Translations under genes and position numbers: made by a program
In this document: positions 38,701 to 52,000 of the stretch, one piece after another
How the letters are laid out: every line of letters starts with the position of its first letter
How positions within the stretch are numbered: the stretch's first letter is position 1
The notes under the pieces: model-generated
Database searches by the model: none
Seen by the model: the letters and a program-made list of their open reading frames with translations, nothing else
Told to the model about the DNA's origin: nothing
Source of the DNA: Octopus bimaculoides
Taxonomy: Eukaryota
Direction: 5' to 3'
NCBI RefSeq assembly: GCF_001194135.2
Contig: NC_068996.1
Location: forward strand, 50,267,985-50,331,984
Length of the DNA: 64,000 nucleotides

Positions 38701-41700
38701 ATTTCTTTGTGTCGAGCCTCTTGAATTGCAGTCTAAATTAGAGAAAAAAATATGGAAAATAAAAGAAAGTGATCCTGAATTGTACAATATGTCATCATAA
38801 AGTAAAATAGTGTGTTGGAAAAGACAGGTGTTTCAGTATAAATTTATATATTTTAATTACCTGAATGTTTAATTTAGGAAAATATTAGTTAATTAACAGT
38901 TTTGATAAAGCAATCATAAAAAAATAAAAAAGGAAAACAGTGTGGTATTTTAGAGTTCCATATATAATGGAAATGGCACAAAATGGCTAAATGGTTACGA
39001 AGTTTATTTCCCAGTCGTGAACGCTTGAATTTGATTCTACTGTATGGCTTCCTTGGGCAAGAATCTTTCAAAAATGTCTTGAGTCAACCCAAAACCTGTG
39101 AGTGAAATTAGATAGATGGAAATTGTGTGGAAGCCTTGTCACAATGTCATGCTGATTCCACCAAGGATAATGATAGTTCTGAGGAATATTCAGCCACTTA
39201 CGTGTTAATTCAATGAACAGGTAATTCAGTTGATTAAACAACTGAAATAATCATCATCAAAATGGATGAGGATCCTTCTATTATAAAGGAGAAATATCAA
39301 TTTTTTTTTTGTTTGGTTGCCCTTTTTAGTTTCAACATTTGTTCCAATTGATTTCATATTTGGTGTATTGGTGTAGTTTTGTGTGATAATTATTGACATG
39401 AAGACCATAACCCACACCACTCGATATTTTAAGCATCTCAGTGGTGATTCCTGATGGGCCAGGTACTTTCCCTGTTTTCATATCCTTAATTGTTTTATCT
39501 ACCAAGGTACTGTCGATTCGGGTAGCTGGTCCCTCAATTGGGTCAACCTTTGGCAGACTCTCCTCCTCCCACTCATTCTCCACATTCAGCAGTCTTTCAT
39601 AATGGCATCTCCAAGCCTCTTTCTTTGCAGAATCATTAAACGCAAGGACACCATCATCCATGTGGACACATTTCTCCTCTCTGACATCATGGTTTTCTCC
39701 CACACTGTCTTGCAATCCGAAATACTTCAGCTCTCTGGTCTTCACGACACTGAACATTGGCAAACTTCTTCTTTTCTACTACTCCCTTGGCTATCTATAC
39801 CTGTCTCCTAGCTTCCCATTTGCCTATCTGATACATTCACCTGCTACCCTCACTCTTCCAGGCCTTCCAAACCTGTTTCTTTGCTCTAATGGCCCTGTCA
39901 ACAGTATTGTTCCACCACCATATTACCCTAGGACTGGAAGGGACTTTGCACCAGCCACAGATTTGGTCTGTGGCACTCAGCAAGTTGTCTCGCAGGAATT
40001 CCCAGCTGCCTTCTATGTCACAGGACTGTAGCTCCTCCTCCCTATCATCAAATTTCTCGGTAAGGATATCCCTAAATCTCTGACCATGTGAAGGGTTCCT
40101 AAGCTTCCAAGTCCTTCTTTTCCAGATTGGTCTGGTTTTTGGCAACCTTCTGGCCTCGAGTCTAAAGTCATTAATTACAAGTCTATGGTGGGGGCGGGGT
40201 ATATTCTTCACCAGGGAGGGTCTTTGTATTTAAGAGCAACCATGCATCCCACTGTCTGGTGAGAATGAAATCAATCTGACTAGCTGAGTCACCTGATTGA
40301 TAGGTCATCAGGTGGCTGGCTGGCTTCCTGAAGTTGGTGTTGCAGATCAATAGGTTACTTGCATTGCAGAACTCCAGGAGTCTAGTTTCCTCTTCATTTC
40401 TGGTACCATATCCATGGCCCTCCATGTATACCATGGAAGATACCAGGTTGTCTGACATGCCCATTAAAATCTCCAGCCACAAAGATGAGATCATTGTCAC
40501 TTATCTTTGAGGTAGCCTGTATAAGAATATCATAAAAGTGATCCTTCTGTTCATTTGGTAGGCCTGCTTGTGGGGCGTAAGCAGAGATAATTGTAGCTAT
40601 ACCATTCTACAAGACTAGTCTGAGGTTAAGTACTCTATCGCACACCCTCACTACCTCTATGACCTTATCCACCCATTTCTCTGCAAGAAGTGTGCTCACA
40701 CCCCCTATTTCATCACTATTATCTTCCCAGAATATATCCCCCAAAAATTAGACCCATTAGAGTCTGAGTTGTCCATGGGGCTAACCACTTTATGGATGTG
40801 AAACCATTGGTGACTCTATGACCAGGCATATACTTAACTGAATATATGTATATATGTATACATACATACACATATATGTAGATAAATATACACACACATA
40901 CACATGACAGACTACTGCCAGTTTTAGTCTACCTAATCCACTCACAAAGCTTTGGTTGACCTGGGTCCAAAGTAGGAGATGTATATCCAAGGTGTATTGC
41001 AGTGGGACTGAACTCAAAACTAAGTGGTTAGGAAGTAAACTTCAAACCCATACAGCCATGCCTGAATATTAACAGTGATCCATAACCTTAATTTTAACAC
41101 AGAAGCAAGAAGGTAGAGGAAAAGCCTAAATTAATTAAAAATATGTCCACTTTTTTGTTTCATTTTTATGACATACCTCCAACTCATTAATCCTGTTGTG
41201 TTTTCTGTCATTATCTTCCTTCATTAATTGAAACTTTTCTTTTTCTTCTTTGTTCCTTAATTCATGCACTATCAACAAAAGCAGAGAGAGAGAGAGAGAG
41301 AGGTGATGTGAAACCAGAAATAACAGTTAAGTCAAATCATATCTTACTGCTTTAACCTTTTAACATTCACATTATTCTGTCAAAGGTAATGCTTATTTAT
41401 TCACATTGTTTTGAACACTAAACTCGGCTTGCGAAGACCTGTTGGGGCAAGCAAAAGCGAAATCGTGATGGCACCTGTACCAGTAACTCACTAAGAGCAC
41501 TGTCCGAGCGTTATCGTTGCCAGAGCACCAGCTGTCTGGCTCTCATGCCAGTGGCACATAAATAGCACCATTTGAGCGTGACCGTTACCAATGTCACCTT
41601 CCTGGCATGTGAAAAGACATTCGAGCGAGTTCGTTGCCAGTACCGCTGGACTGGCTCCTGTGTCGGTGGCACTTAAAATACACCATTTCAAGCGTGGCCG

Positions 41701-44700
41701 TTGCCAGTACCCCCTGACTGGCCTTCGTGCCGGTGGCACGTAAAAGCACCCACTACACTCTCGGAGTGGTTGGTGTTAGGAAGGGCATCCAGCTGTAGAA
41801 ACTCTGCCAAATCAGATTGGAGCCTGATGTAGCCATCTGGTTTCACCAGTCCTCAGTCAAATCGTCCAACCCATGCCACCATGGAAAGCGGATGTTAAAC
41901 GATGATGATGATGATGATGCATTATCTTGTAGCTTTGAGATTTTGATGTGGTAATTGTTAATTTTTAGAATGATATTGTAGGGTAGATGTGAGAAACCAG
42001 ATCTGACCAGTTTGAACATAAAACAGGGAGAATATTCCAGTTTAAAAGCTAAAGGGTTAAAAAACTTACAATCTCATTGGATAATATGGTTCTTATAAAC
42101 TGTGTCTGAAAAAAAAATTGTTGGTAGTGGTGGAAGCAGTATTATTTCAAAGTAGCATTCTGCATATCTTACTTAACATGAATAGACTATAAAAAGCCAC
42201 AAAGCTATGGTGTTTGTCTTGTATAGACATATCATGCTAAAAAGCATTGAAGTGTTTTGGTAGCAGACAAAAAGCACCCAGCACTAGCAGCAGAACTGCT
42301 GAATCTAGATTTCTGCATATTTCTGCATGCTTAGACAAGTCTAGTCTCTACTGATATAGAAAAACAGTGATTAAACAAACACTGGTGTTGCGATTAACTG
42401 GCAGGCTGGGTAAAAATTCATTATTAGCAATGAAAGCAATATTGGTTCAGAACAGCATTCTGTATATCTTACTTAATGTGGATATGCTGTAGAAAGTTAC
42501 AAAACTGTGGTAGAGAGCCTCTCAGTATGGCCATGTCTAGAATGCCTTTGATTATAGGTTTCTTCTTTTAGGAATGGCAACAATATATGCTATAACTATT
42601 AATTAAATTTGTGTCTAAAAAAGATATTAATACTGTACTATTAATTAAAGATACATGTAATAGTTCAGTTTTGGTTTTCAGTTTTAGTGACTCCATTTAC
42701 ATTGCATTGACAATGAAGAAAACATGAAGAAAACACACTCTCATTTTAAACTACTTTATAAATCTTGGTAGTTGAAATGGGGGGAATACATGGGGGGGGG
42801 GCGGGAATAACTGTATTAACCCTTTGCCCAAACTGTGTCTCACATGTGACATACAGTATATCCTTCTCTGGTATTCATGCATCATATATGATTCACATTC
42901 CCAAATCTTTTTCAATTTTAACAAGTATATGTAGACTGTAGCAAGAAATATAGATGGCAGTTTTATATAAAGGCAACGATAAATAGCAGAAAGCAAATGA
43001 GTTGTGTTCAAATGAAATACAGTTTTTATTACAGTTTCCAAACAACACTTAACAAATGTAAATTACAGGAGAAATGAAGGTGTGTGCGAAATATCAGGCT
43101 CTAGACATACAGTCCGACAGGAACAACATTTTTAAGACATAAATAATTTCAGTTGCACTTACTACAATTTACAGGTTTTCCAAATTGGAGTTAATATCAA
43201 TTCCATGATACAATACAAACACAAATGTCATAATGCAGATACAAATCTTGCTGGAGAAGCCAATTTCAGCAAACCGGGTAAAAAGATATAATAAACCTCA
43301 TAGTCAGTTAAAGGAAACGAATGTCAAGTGAAGAACTGGGCACAATAATTCAGAGTTGCTAAAGGGAACTTAGGCCAGTAGTCATAATGACTGGGAAAGC
43401 AAAACAGTAACTTCCCATGTTCTAGCTGAGGCCGACAGAATGAGGATCTTGAAAGTATGTTGTTAAAAGTTCAACGTCTTCACAGCAACCAACTCAACTT
43501 TTAGTTTTTACACGTGCCTCAGACTTGGGTGGAAGTTGTTTGGATTTTCACAACGCTAACCTTAACTGGTCAGTGTCTGTCACAAACAACTAACTTGTGC
43601 TACAGTAAAAAAATGAATTTATCATGTCTTACTACACAACTACCAGAATAACTTGGGACTTATGAAAAGAAAGCTTTATATTACTCAGAATGTATGAAAC
43701 AAGGAATAACAAAAAAAAAAAAAAAAACCTGAAAACAACCATGGACGTTTAGGAGAAATTTACAAAAATGTTTTGGACAGGCAAAGGGTTAAACGTTTTA
43801 CTCCATTAAGGTTATCAATGTGAGGTAGTGAATGGCTGAAACATTAGGTTGTCAGAAATTAACCAAGAAATCAGCAGTTCATGTCTTGTCACTGTCACGA
43901 CATTGTGTCTCCAACCAAAACAAGTCACAAAACAAGCAGCCCAGTCTGCTGTGTCCCAAGCAGGTGGCACAAAACAATCAATCACTTAAAACAATAATAA
44001 TGACCAACCACAGAAAAAGGTTATTTCCAACCAAAAATTCTGCATATTTCTGCATGCTTAAACAAATCTAGTCTCTACTGATATAGAAAAACAGTGATTA
44101 AACAAAACACTGGTGTTGTGATTAGCTGGCAGGCTGGGGGCTTTGTGTCAGTTGAGAGATTAATGGTACAGATGAGACACATACAAGCATCTTGTTGTAG
44201 AGTAGATAGATAAATACTTCAGTTGGAAGAGAAAGGAGAGTGAGCCAGAGAGCAAGACTGTTTATCTCTCAGCCACCAATAGTTTTAGTATTAATCATCT
44301 GAAATCTTGTGATGGAAAAGATTAACAGAGCTTAACTGTTATTGTTAATCCAACCAGCCTATACTAATAGATATTCCAGTTCATTTTTTAAAAAATATTA
44401 AGCAGTATGTATCTATAATTACATTATCCAGTGTGTCCTAGTTTTGAAACAATAAGGTATGATTTTAGGGAAATTAATTGCCATTCTTAGCAGGTCAAGA
44501 TTTCTCCTTGGCTCAAGAGGTTTCCTTTTTGGTTCAAGAAGCTCCTTCCTCGGCTTGAGTGTCCTCATTTAAGGCATTCAAGAGACTCCTTCCTTGGCCC
44601 AAGTGCCCTCATTTCTTTGCTCAATAAGGTTTCCTATCACTACTGTAATATATCATAACTTCCTCACAAGTGGCTTGGAGAAGGACCAGCTATAACAAGC

Positions 44701-47022
44701 TAACTTGCTCCAACCATATCACATGATGACAAAGTCATGATCCTATAATACAAAACATTATGGAAGGACTAAGAAACAAACAAATAGAATTAGGGGACAG
44801 AAACTTCTTTTTCTTTTAATAAATCAGCTAAAGGAGGAAGGACAGAACTGAGAACATTTGCGGAGATTTTCAAAGCTGATGCACCCAGTGCTCAGTTTGA
44901 ACATCAACAGGAGGTCAATGTAAATAGGTTGCAGTTGGGGAACACCAGGGGGTTGCAGTTTTGGGGGGGAAATGTTGGACAAAAATATTTAATGTGAGAT
45001 CTTGCAGGGAATGAAGAGAGTAGGGGAAAATATGTCAGCTGGACAGGGGTTGGAGGGTGAGTGCAGGTAGCTAGGTCAGTGGTATGTTGCATTAGAAGGC
45101 AAAATAGGCAGAAAGAGAAAAACAGTATGTCGGTGGGTGAAGACTGTTAGTGAGCATATACCTTTAATCAGAGCCTCTCTAGAATCCATATTTTGAGATC
45201 TTTCCAAGAATTTGTTTTGTAAGTCAATCTTAATTCTGCAAGACAACATGGAAATGAATAAATGAATGAATAAATAAATTGAAATAAATAAATAAATTGA
45301 AATAAATAGAAATAAATGGAACAAAGAAAATGTAGACAGAAGATTGGGGAGGAGAGAAAGTTGAGGGTGAGTAATTTCATAAGGGTGTCAGAGGAGGGGA
45401 ACAGATGGTTGACCTTTACCATTCACAGTATTCTTCCAAAATTAAATCTTATTTATTCACATTGTTTTGAATTAATCATGCTTTGTCTCATAGCTATGAG
45501 ATTTTGATGATGTAACCTAATACACCTGCTTGTTGTTTATAAACCTGTCTTTGTCTTTTGCTTTTCTGTAAATTTCAACTATATATANNNNNNNNNNNNN
45601 NNNNNNNNNNNNNNNNNNNNNNNNNNNNNNNNNNNNNNNNNNNNNNNNNNNNNNNNNNNNNNNNNNNNNNNNNNNNNNNNNNNNNNNNNNNNNNNNNNNN
45701 NNNNNNNNNNNNNNNNNNNNNNNNNNNNNNNNNNNNNNNNNNNNNNNNNNNNNNNNNNNNNNNNNNNNNNNNNNNNNNNNNNNNNNNNNNNNNNNNNNNN
45801 NNNNNNNNNNNNNNNNNNNNNNNNNNNNNNNNNNNNNNNNNNNNNNNNNNNNNNNNNNNNNNNNNNNNNNNNNNNNNNNNNNNNNNNNNNNNNNNNNNNN
45901 NNNNNNNNNNNNNNNNNNNNNNNNNNNNNNNNNNNNNNNNNNNNNNNNNNNNNNNNNNNNNNNNNNNNNNNNNNNNNNNNNNNNNNNNNNNNNNNNNNNN
46001 NNNNNNNNNNNNNNNNNNNNNNNNNNNNNNNNNNNNNNNNNNNNNNNNNNNNNNNNNNNNNNNNNNNNNNNNNNNNNNNNNNNNNNNNNNNNNNNNNNNN
46101 NNNNNNNNNNNNNNNNNNNNNNNNNNNNNNNNNNNNNNNNNNNNNNNNNNNNNNNNNNNNNNNNNNNNNNNNNNNNNNNNNNNNNNNNNNNNNNNNNNNN
46201 NNNNNNNNNNNNNNNNNNNNNNNNNNTAGGCTTGTCTAAGGTTGGTCCATATTGATTATATATATTTGCTCTTTTATAAAAATCATTTTTCCCTTTGTGC
46301 ATGTCGTGACATTTGTACGTATGTTTACCCTGACGAGGGGGGTCATCACCAGTTTGCACTCTATTGTGTTTAGAATACAGTGGTGTACCCCCGAAATGGC
46401 CATAGGTGTTGTATATGGTTTTCGTCAAATTGATTTTACTGATTGATACCTGCTGGGTGCTGTAATTGTATTTCGACCCATGTGTTGTGAACTTTTTGGA
46501 CATGGTGAGCGGAATTAAATTTTACATGTTTTATCTGCTGATACCTGCTGGGTGCCTGTTATTCACTCTTGTATATACCAAACTGGTGCAGACTTGCCTA
46601 TTGGTGTCTATTGTTTTTGAGTTGTAAAATGTGCCCGAGGGAGATGAAGAACTTTGAGCTTTAACTCTAAATGGTGTTAAATCATTTCTGTCCTTGATTT
46701 TTAACCGATAGACTACTTTATGGTACCTCATTTCTTTATTTCATTTTATTTTATATTGACCTATATTATATTATATATTTGAAATTTTTATTCCTTTTAT
46801 TCGTATTAATTTTTATTCGTATTAATTTTAACTTCTATGAATTGATATTTACGTGTATTGTATTATACCTTTAACTCAATTTTTTTCATTTGCATGTTAT
46901 CGGTTGAAACAATATATTCGTGTATAAAATTTTATACTATATGTTCTATATTTCTTATTCTTTTATTTCTTATTTCTTCTTACGTTATTTTTCTTGCGTT
47001 ATATCTTCTTATNNNNNNNNNN

Positions 47023-47070
<48 letters not shown>

Positions 47071-48688
47071 CATACATCCACATATACATATATATACACA
47101 CATACACAGACACACAAGCACACATCCACATATATTTATACGTATGTGTGTGTGTGGGGTGGCTTGTTTCACTAACACACACATATGCACATTGGGCGAA
47201 TACAATTTCCATCTAAGAAATTTCCTTTATATGCCATTAAAGTCAGCCTGAGATGCTATTCTAGATACATTTTTATTTTATTTCATGTGCATGCACATTT
47301 GTGTAACATTTCACAATTATTATCAAACATATAACTAAAAGTTGTCTTACTTAAAAACTTCATTGTCAATTCTTTGTTGGTAATCAGCTTCGATGCGATT
47401 AGCTTCATTCAGTTTTTGCTTCAAAACTTCTTCTTGACACTTCAGTCTTTCTTGATCCAAGGTTTTCTCTCTATTTTGATAATAATAAAAAAAAAGATAT
47501 ATATATATACTCACACACAAAAACACTCACACACACAAACACATACACTCTCACTTTTCCCTCCATTCCTCACCCTCTTTTACTATCCTACATATCTCTC
47601 TCCCCCCCTACACATTCAATAATACTATAAAAAGAGACATCCTCTGAAAGTGAAATCATATTTGAAAAACCTACAAGAATAGGTGCAAGCGCTAATATTT
47701 ATAAAACATGTGACATATTAATAAAAATCTGTAAATGTACAACCATCCAAATATCTGAGTACCTTATTATTTTTTCTAATATATAATTCCTGTACATCAC
47801 CTCCAAACCTTCATATATATATATATATATATATATAAAAGTAAATATATGAAGCATTATTACTGTTAATAATATATATATNNNNNNNNNNNNNNNNNNN
47901 NNNNNNNNNNNNNNNNNNNNNNNNNNNNNNNNNNNNNNNNNNNNNNNNNNNNNNNNNNNNNNNNNNNNNNNNNNNNNNNNNNNNNNNNNNNNNNNNNNNN
48001 NNNNNNNNNNNNNNNNNNNNNNNNNNNNNNNNNNNNNNNNNNNNNNNNNNNNNNNNNNNNNNNNNNNNNNNNNNNNNNNNNNNNNNNNNNNNNNNNNNNN
48101 NNNNNNNNNNNNNNNNNNNNNNNNNNNNNNNNNNNNNNNNNNNNNNNNNNNNNNNNNNNNNNNNNNNNNNNNNNNNNNNNNNNNNNNNNNNNNNNNNNNN
48201 NNNNNNNNNNNNNNNNNNNNNNNNNNNNNNNNNNNNNNNNNNNNNNNNNNNNNNNNNNNNNNNNNNNNNNNNNNNNNNNNNNNNNNNNNNNNNNNNNNNN
48301 NNNNNNNNNNNNNNNNNNNNNNNNNNNNNNNNNNNNNNNNNNNNNNNNNNNNNNNNNNNNNNNNNNNNNNNNNNNNNNNNNNNNNNNNNNNNNNNNNNNN
48401 NNNNNNNNNNNNNNNNNNNNNNNNNNNNNNNNNNNNNNNNNNNNNNNNNNNNNNNNNNNNNNNNNNNNNNNNNNNNNNNNNNNNNNNNNNNNNNNNNNNN
48501 NNNNNNNNNNNNNNNNNNNNNNNNNNNNNNNNNNNNNNNNNNNNNNNNNNNNNNNNNNNNNNNNNNNNNNNGTTGTGTCAGTTGAGAGATTAAAGGTATA
48601 GATGAGACACATACAAGCATCTTGTTATAGAGTAGATAGATAAATACTCCAGTTGGAAGAGAAAGGAGAGTAAGTCAGAGAGTAAGAC

Positions 48689-48738
<50 letters not shown>

Positions 48739-48746
48739 TGTATATA

Positions 48747-48779
<33 letters not shown>

Positions 48780-49056
48780 GCATGCACATTATGACAATTT
48801 TATAAACTTTCGAGAGAGTGTGAAATAATTCTTGTTTGAAATAGATCTTAAAGAACATGCATAAAGCTATAAACAATAGCTAAAATAACCATTTTGAATA
48901 AAAAAAATAAAAAAGGTTTTCAACTTTTTCTATCCAAAATGATTTTCAAACCAATATTTGCATGCTATTATTTGCAGCTAAATATGAAAACATAACCTCC
49001 TTCCTTGGCAGAGGTAACAATATATGGTAGCAAAATTTTAGAAATTTCACTACCTA

Positions 49057-49095
<39 letters not shown>

Positions 49096-52000
49096 AAATT
49101 TTGAATTGTACAACGTTTTACTTTGAGACTAAAAAAAATATTATTTCATATATAGTTAAGTGTATAATCTAACGTATAGTTAAAACATTTCCCAGAAATA
49201 TTCCTGTCCTTTCCTCTTCAGCATCGACTCACACCTGGAGTTGAGATGTGTTGAATCTTTTACTTGATCTTTCACTGTAGGAGTGTGTTGCTAATTCAAA
49301 GTTTGAGACAAAAGATCAAGAGAAAATAAAAGATTGAAGTGGTAACAAGCAGCAGCAGCAGCAGCAGCAGCAGCTTGTCTTGTAGATCAGTGCACAAGTC
49401 TTTGGTTGGCATAATGCTATAGTAGAAGATGCTTGTCCAAATGCAGTGAGCTCGCAGAAACGTTAGCACTTTCCTGATGCTTATCACTTTACAGACTGTA
49501 CTGGGTACTTTATATTTATAATATGATGGGTTTCTTTTATTTTCTGTTTAGAAAATCCACTCACAAGGCTTTGGTTGGCCTGGGGCTATAGTAGAAGATA
49601 CTTGCACAAGGTGTCATGCAGTGGGACTGAACCTGGAAGCATGTGGTTGGGAAGCTAACTTCTTACTATATAAACACACCTGTGACTGCTGTTAAAAATA
49701 CATTGTTAGAAATCTGTCTTTCATGCAAATCAAAGGCAGGACGTATTCACAAAACCCATGATATAAAGCATCAATCACCCATTAAACTTTATTCAAATAA
49801 ATGATTTTGGTTTGTTTACCTGTTTGCCATTTCCATCATCTTTGTAAGTTCGGATTCCTTCTGGCGTAATTTATTGACTTCTTCCAGTAAAGCCTGCCTT
49901 TGCTGGTAAGTGTCTTTCTGTTGTATCTGGAATTGATTTTAAAAACCTTTATTGGTATTGATATGTATGTGTGGATTCACACACACACACACACACGTAA
50001 AAAGCACTGAGTCCACTCTGAGGAGTGGTTGGTGTTAAGAAGAGCATCCAACCATAAAATCCCTGCCAAAACAGACACAGTAGCCTTGGATAAATTTTTT
50101 TACCTTGCTGACTCCTGTCAACTGTTCTACCCATGCATGGACAGAAGATGGATGTTAAACTATGATGATGATGATGATGATGTGTGTGTGTGTGTGTGTG
50201 TTTCTCTCTCTCTCACTCTCTCTCGCTCTCCCTCCCCCTCCCCCTCTCTCTATATATATATCAGCATCATTGTCGTTTAACGTCCGCTTTCCATGCTGGC
50301 ATGGATTGGACGGTTTGACTGAGGAATTGCGAGCCAGAAAGCTGCACCAGGCTCCAATCCGATCTGACATAGTTTCTACAGCTGGATCCCCTTCCTAACA
50401 TCAACCACTCCGAGAGTGTAGTGGGTTCTTTTTACATGTTACTGGCATGTGAACCAGCCAGGCGGCATTGGCAACAACCACGCTCAAATGGTGCTTTTTA
50501 TGTGCCACCAGCATGGGACCAGTCAGCCGGCACTGGCATTGAACATGCTCAAATGGTGCTTTTTACATGCTACCGGCACTGCCACATTGCTATCTGCTTT
50601 AACTGGGATTTACATAATCCTTACATACATCCTTACATACATACATACATATACACACACCCACCCACATATAGGTTTTATTTTGTGTGCTTGGGATCAC
50701 CCTAAAAATGGAGAGCCAAAACAAACATAATTGATACTTCATGCTCTTTTATTTAAAAAAATATGTCTGGAAGAGGTGGAAACTTGCAGGGACACATATG
50801 GTATGTATGGAAAGGATACTGATACAGAATGTGTGTGCCAGAAGTGGTCAGGAAATTTTCTGGTTTAAGATGCACCTCATTCTGTAACACCAATTGTTTT
50901 CTTTTTTACTAAGCACATTTAACCAAACCAAAATAAAATACAATCTACTTGCAAAGCAGCAGCATTCCTAAGATTCATAACAAACAAATGCAAATAAATA
51001 AGATTTTAATAATTCATATATTGAAATTTTATGAGAGATAGCAGGAACAGGAGTACAGTAATCCCTTGCCATATCATGGTTCACCTATCATCATCATCAT
51101 CATCATCGTTTAACGTCCGCTTTCCATGCTAGCATGGGTTGGACGATTTGACTGAGGACTGGTGAACCAGATGGCTACACCAGGCTCCAATCTGATTTGA
51201 ACAGAGTTTCTACAGCTGGATGGTTTATTATTTGATGACCAGTAATAAAGTCACAGGGAAAAAAGTCACAATTAATTTATGGTGGCTGATAATAAAGTCA
51301 CAGGAAAAAAAGGCACAGGTAATTTATGGGATCCCCCCCCCCCNNNNNNNNNNNNNNNNNNNNNNNNNNNNNNNNNNNNNNNNNNNNNNNNNNNNNNNNN
51401 NNNNNNNNNNNNNNNNNNNNNNNNNNNNNNNNNNNNNNNNNNNNNNNNNNNNNNNNNNNNNNNNNNNNNNNNNNNNNNNNNNNNNNNNNNNNNNNNNNNN
51501 NNNNNNNNNNNNNNNNNNNNNNNNNNNNNNNNNNNNNNNNNNNNNNNNNNNNNNNNCAACTTCAATAGTCGAGGGATTACTGTACAAACATTTTAATGTA
51601 CTTTGCTTCAGTTATATGCCTCTGTCATAAAGTTAATAAGAGTTTAAGATAGGAATGACATTTAAGTACCTTGATGAAGGGTTCTGCAGAAATTTTTAGA
51701 CTTCCCAAAGCAAATAATTATTTCTTCCTTGGGAAAAATTTTGTACATACTATACAGGGCTGGCCCTAGGGTTGCTGGTGCCCAGGTAGGCTGAAATTCG
51801 GCATGTACAAGCCGACGGTCGTACAAATTTCCTTGACTTTGCCACGCCCACCTTGGTGCCCCATAGCACATGGCACCCTGGGCGACTGCCCAAATTGGCA
51901 GTACCTTGAGCTGGCCCTGATACTATGTTCAAAAGCAGACAATCACTGCTTATTTTGTATTCTATAACTTCACAAAAGATATTGGTTTCAAATTTTGGTA

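Noticed and set aside
29760-38732. Initial impression of an ANKRD26/CCDC144-type coiled coil
   Set aside because: Domain order and multiple colinear motif matches fit OFD1 much better.
45517-46503. 328-aa ORF call
   Set aside because: Mostly N gap; the flanking peptides show no recognisable motif.
49235-49274. 40-nt candidate exon (phase 2-0, SERSSKRFNTSQLQ)
   Set aside because: It would need the third AG of the 47470 acceptor. The direct 49820 to 47470 join already aligns to recalled human OFD1 without a gap. A rare cassette is not excluded.
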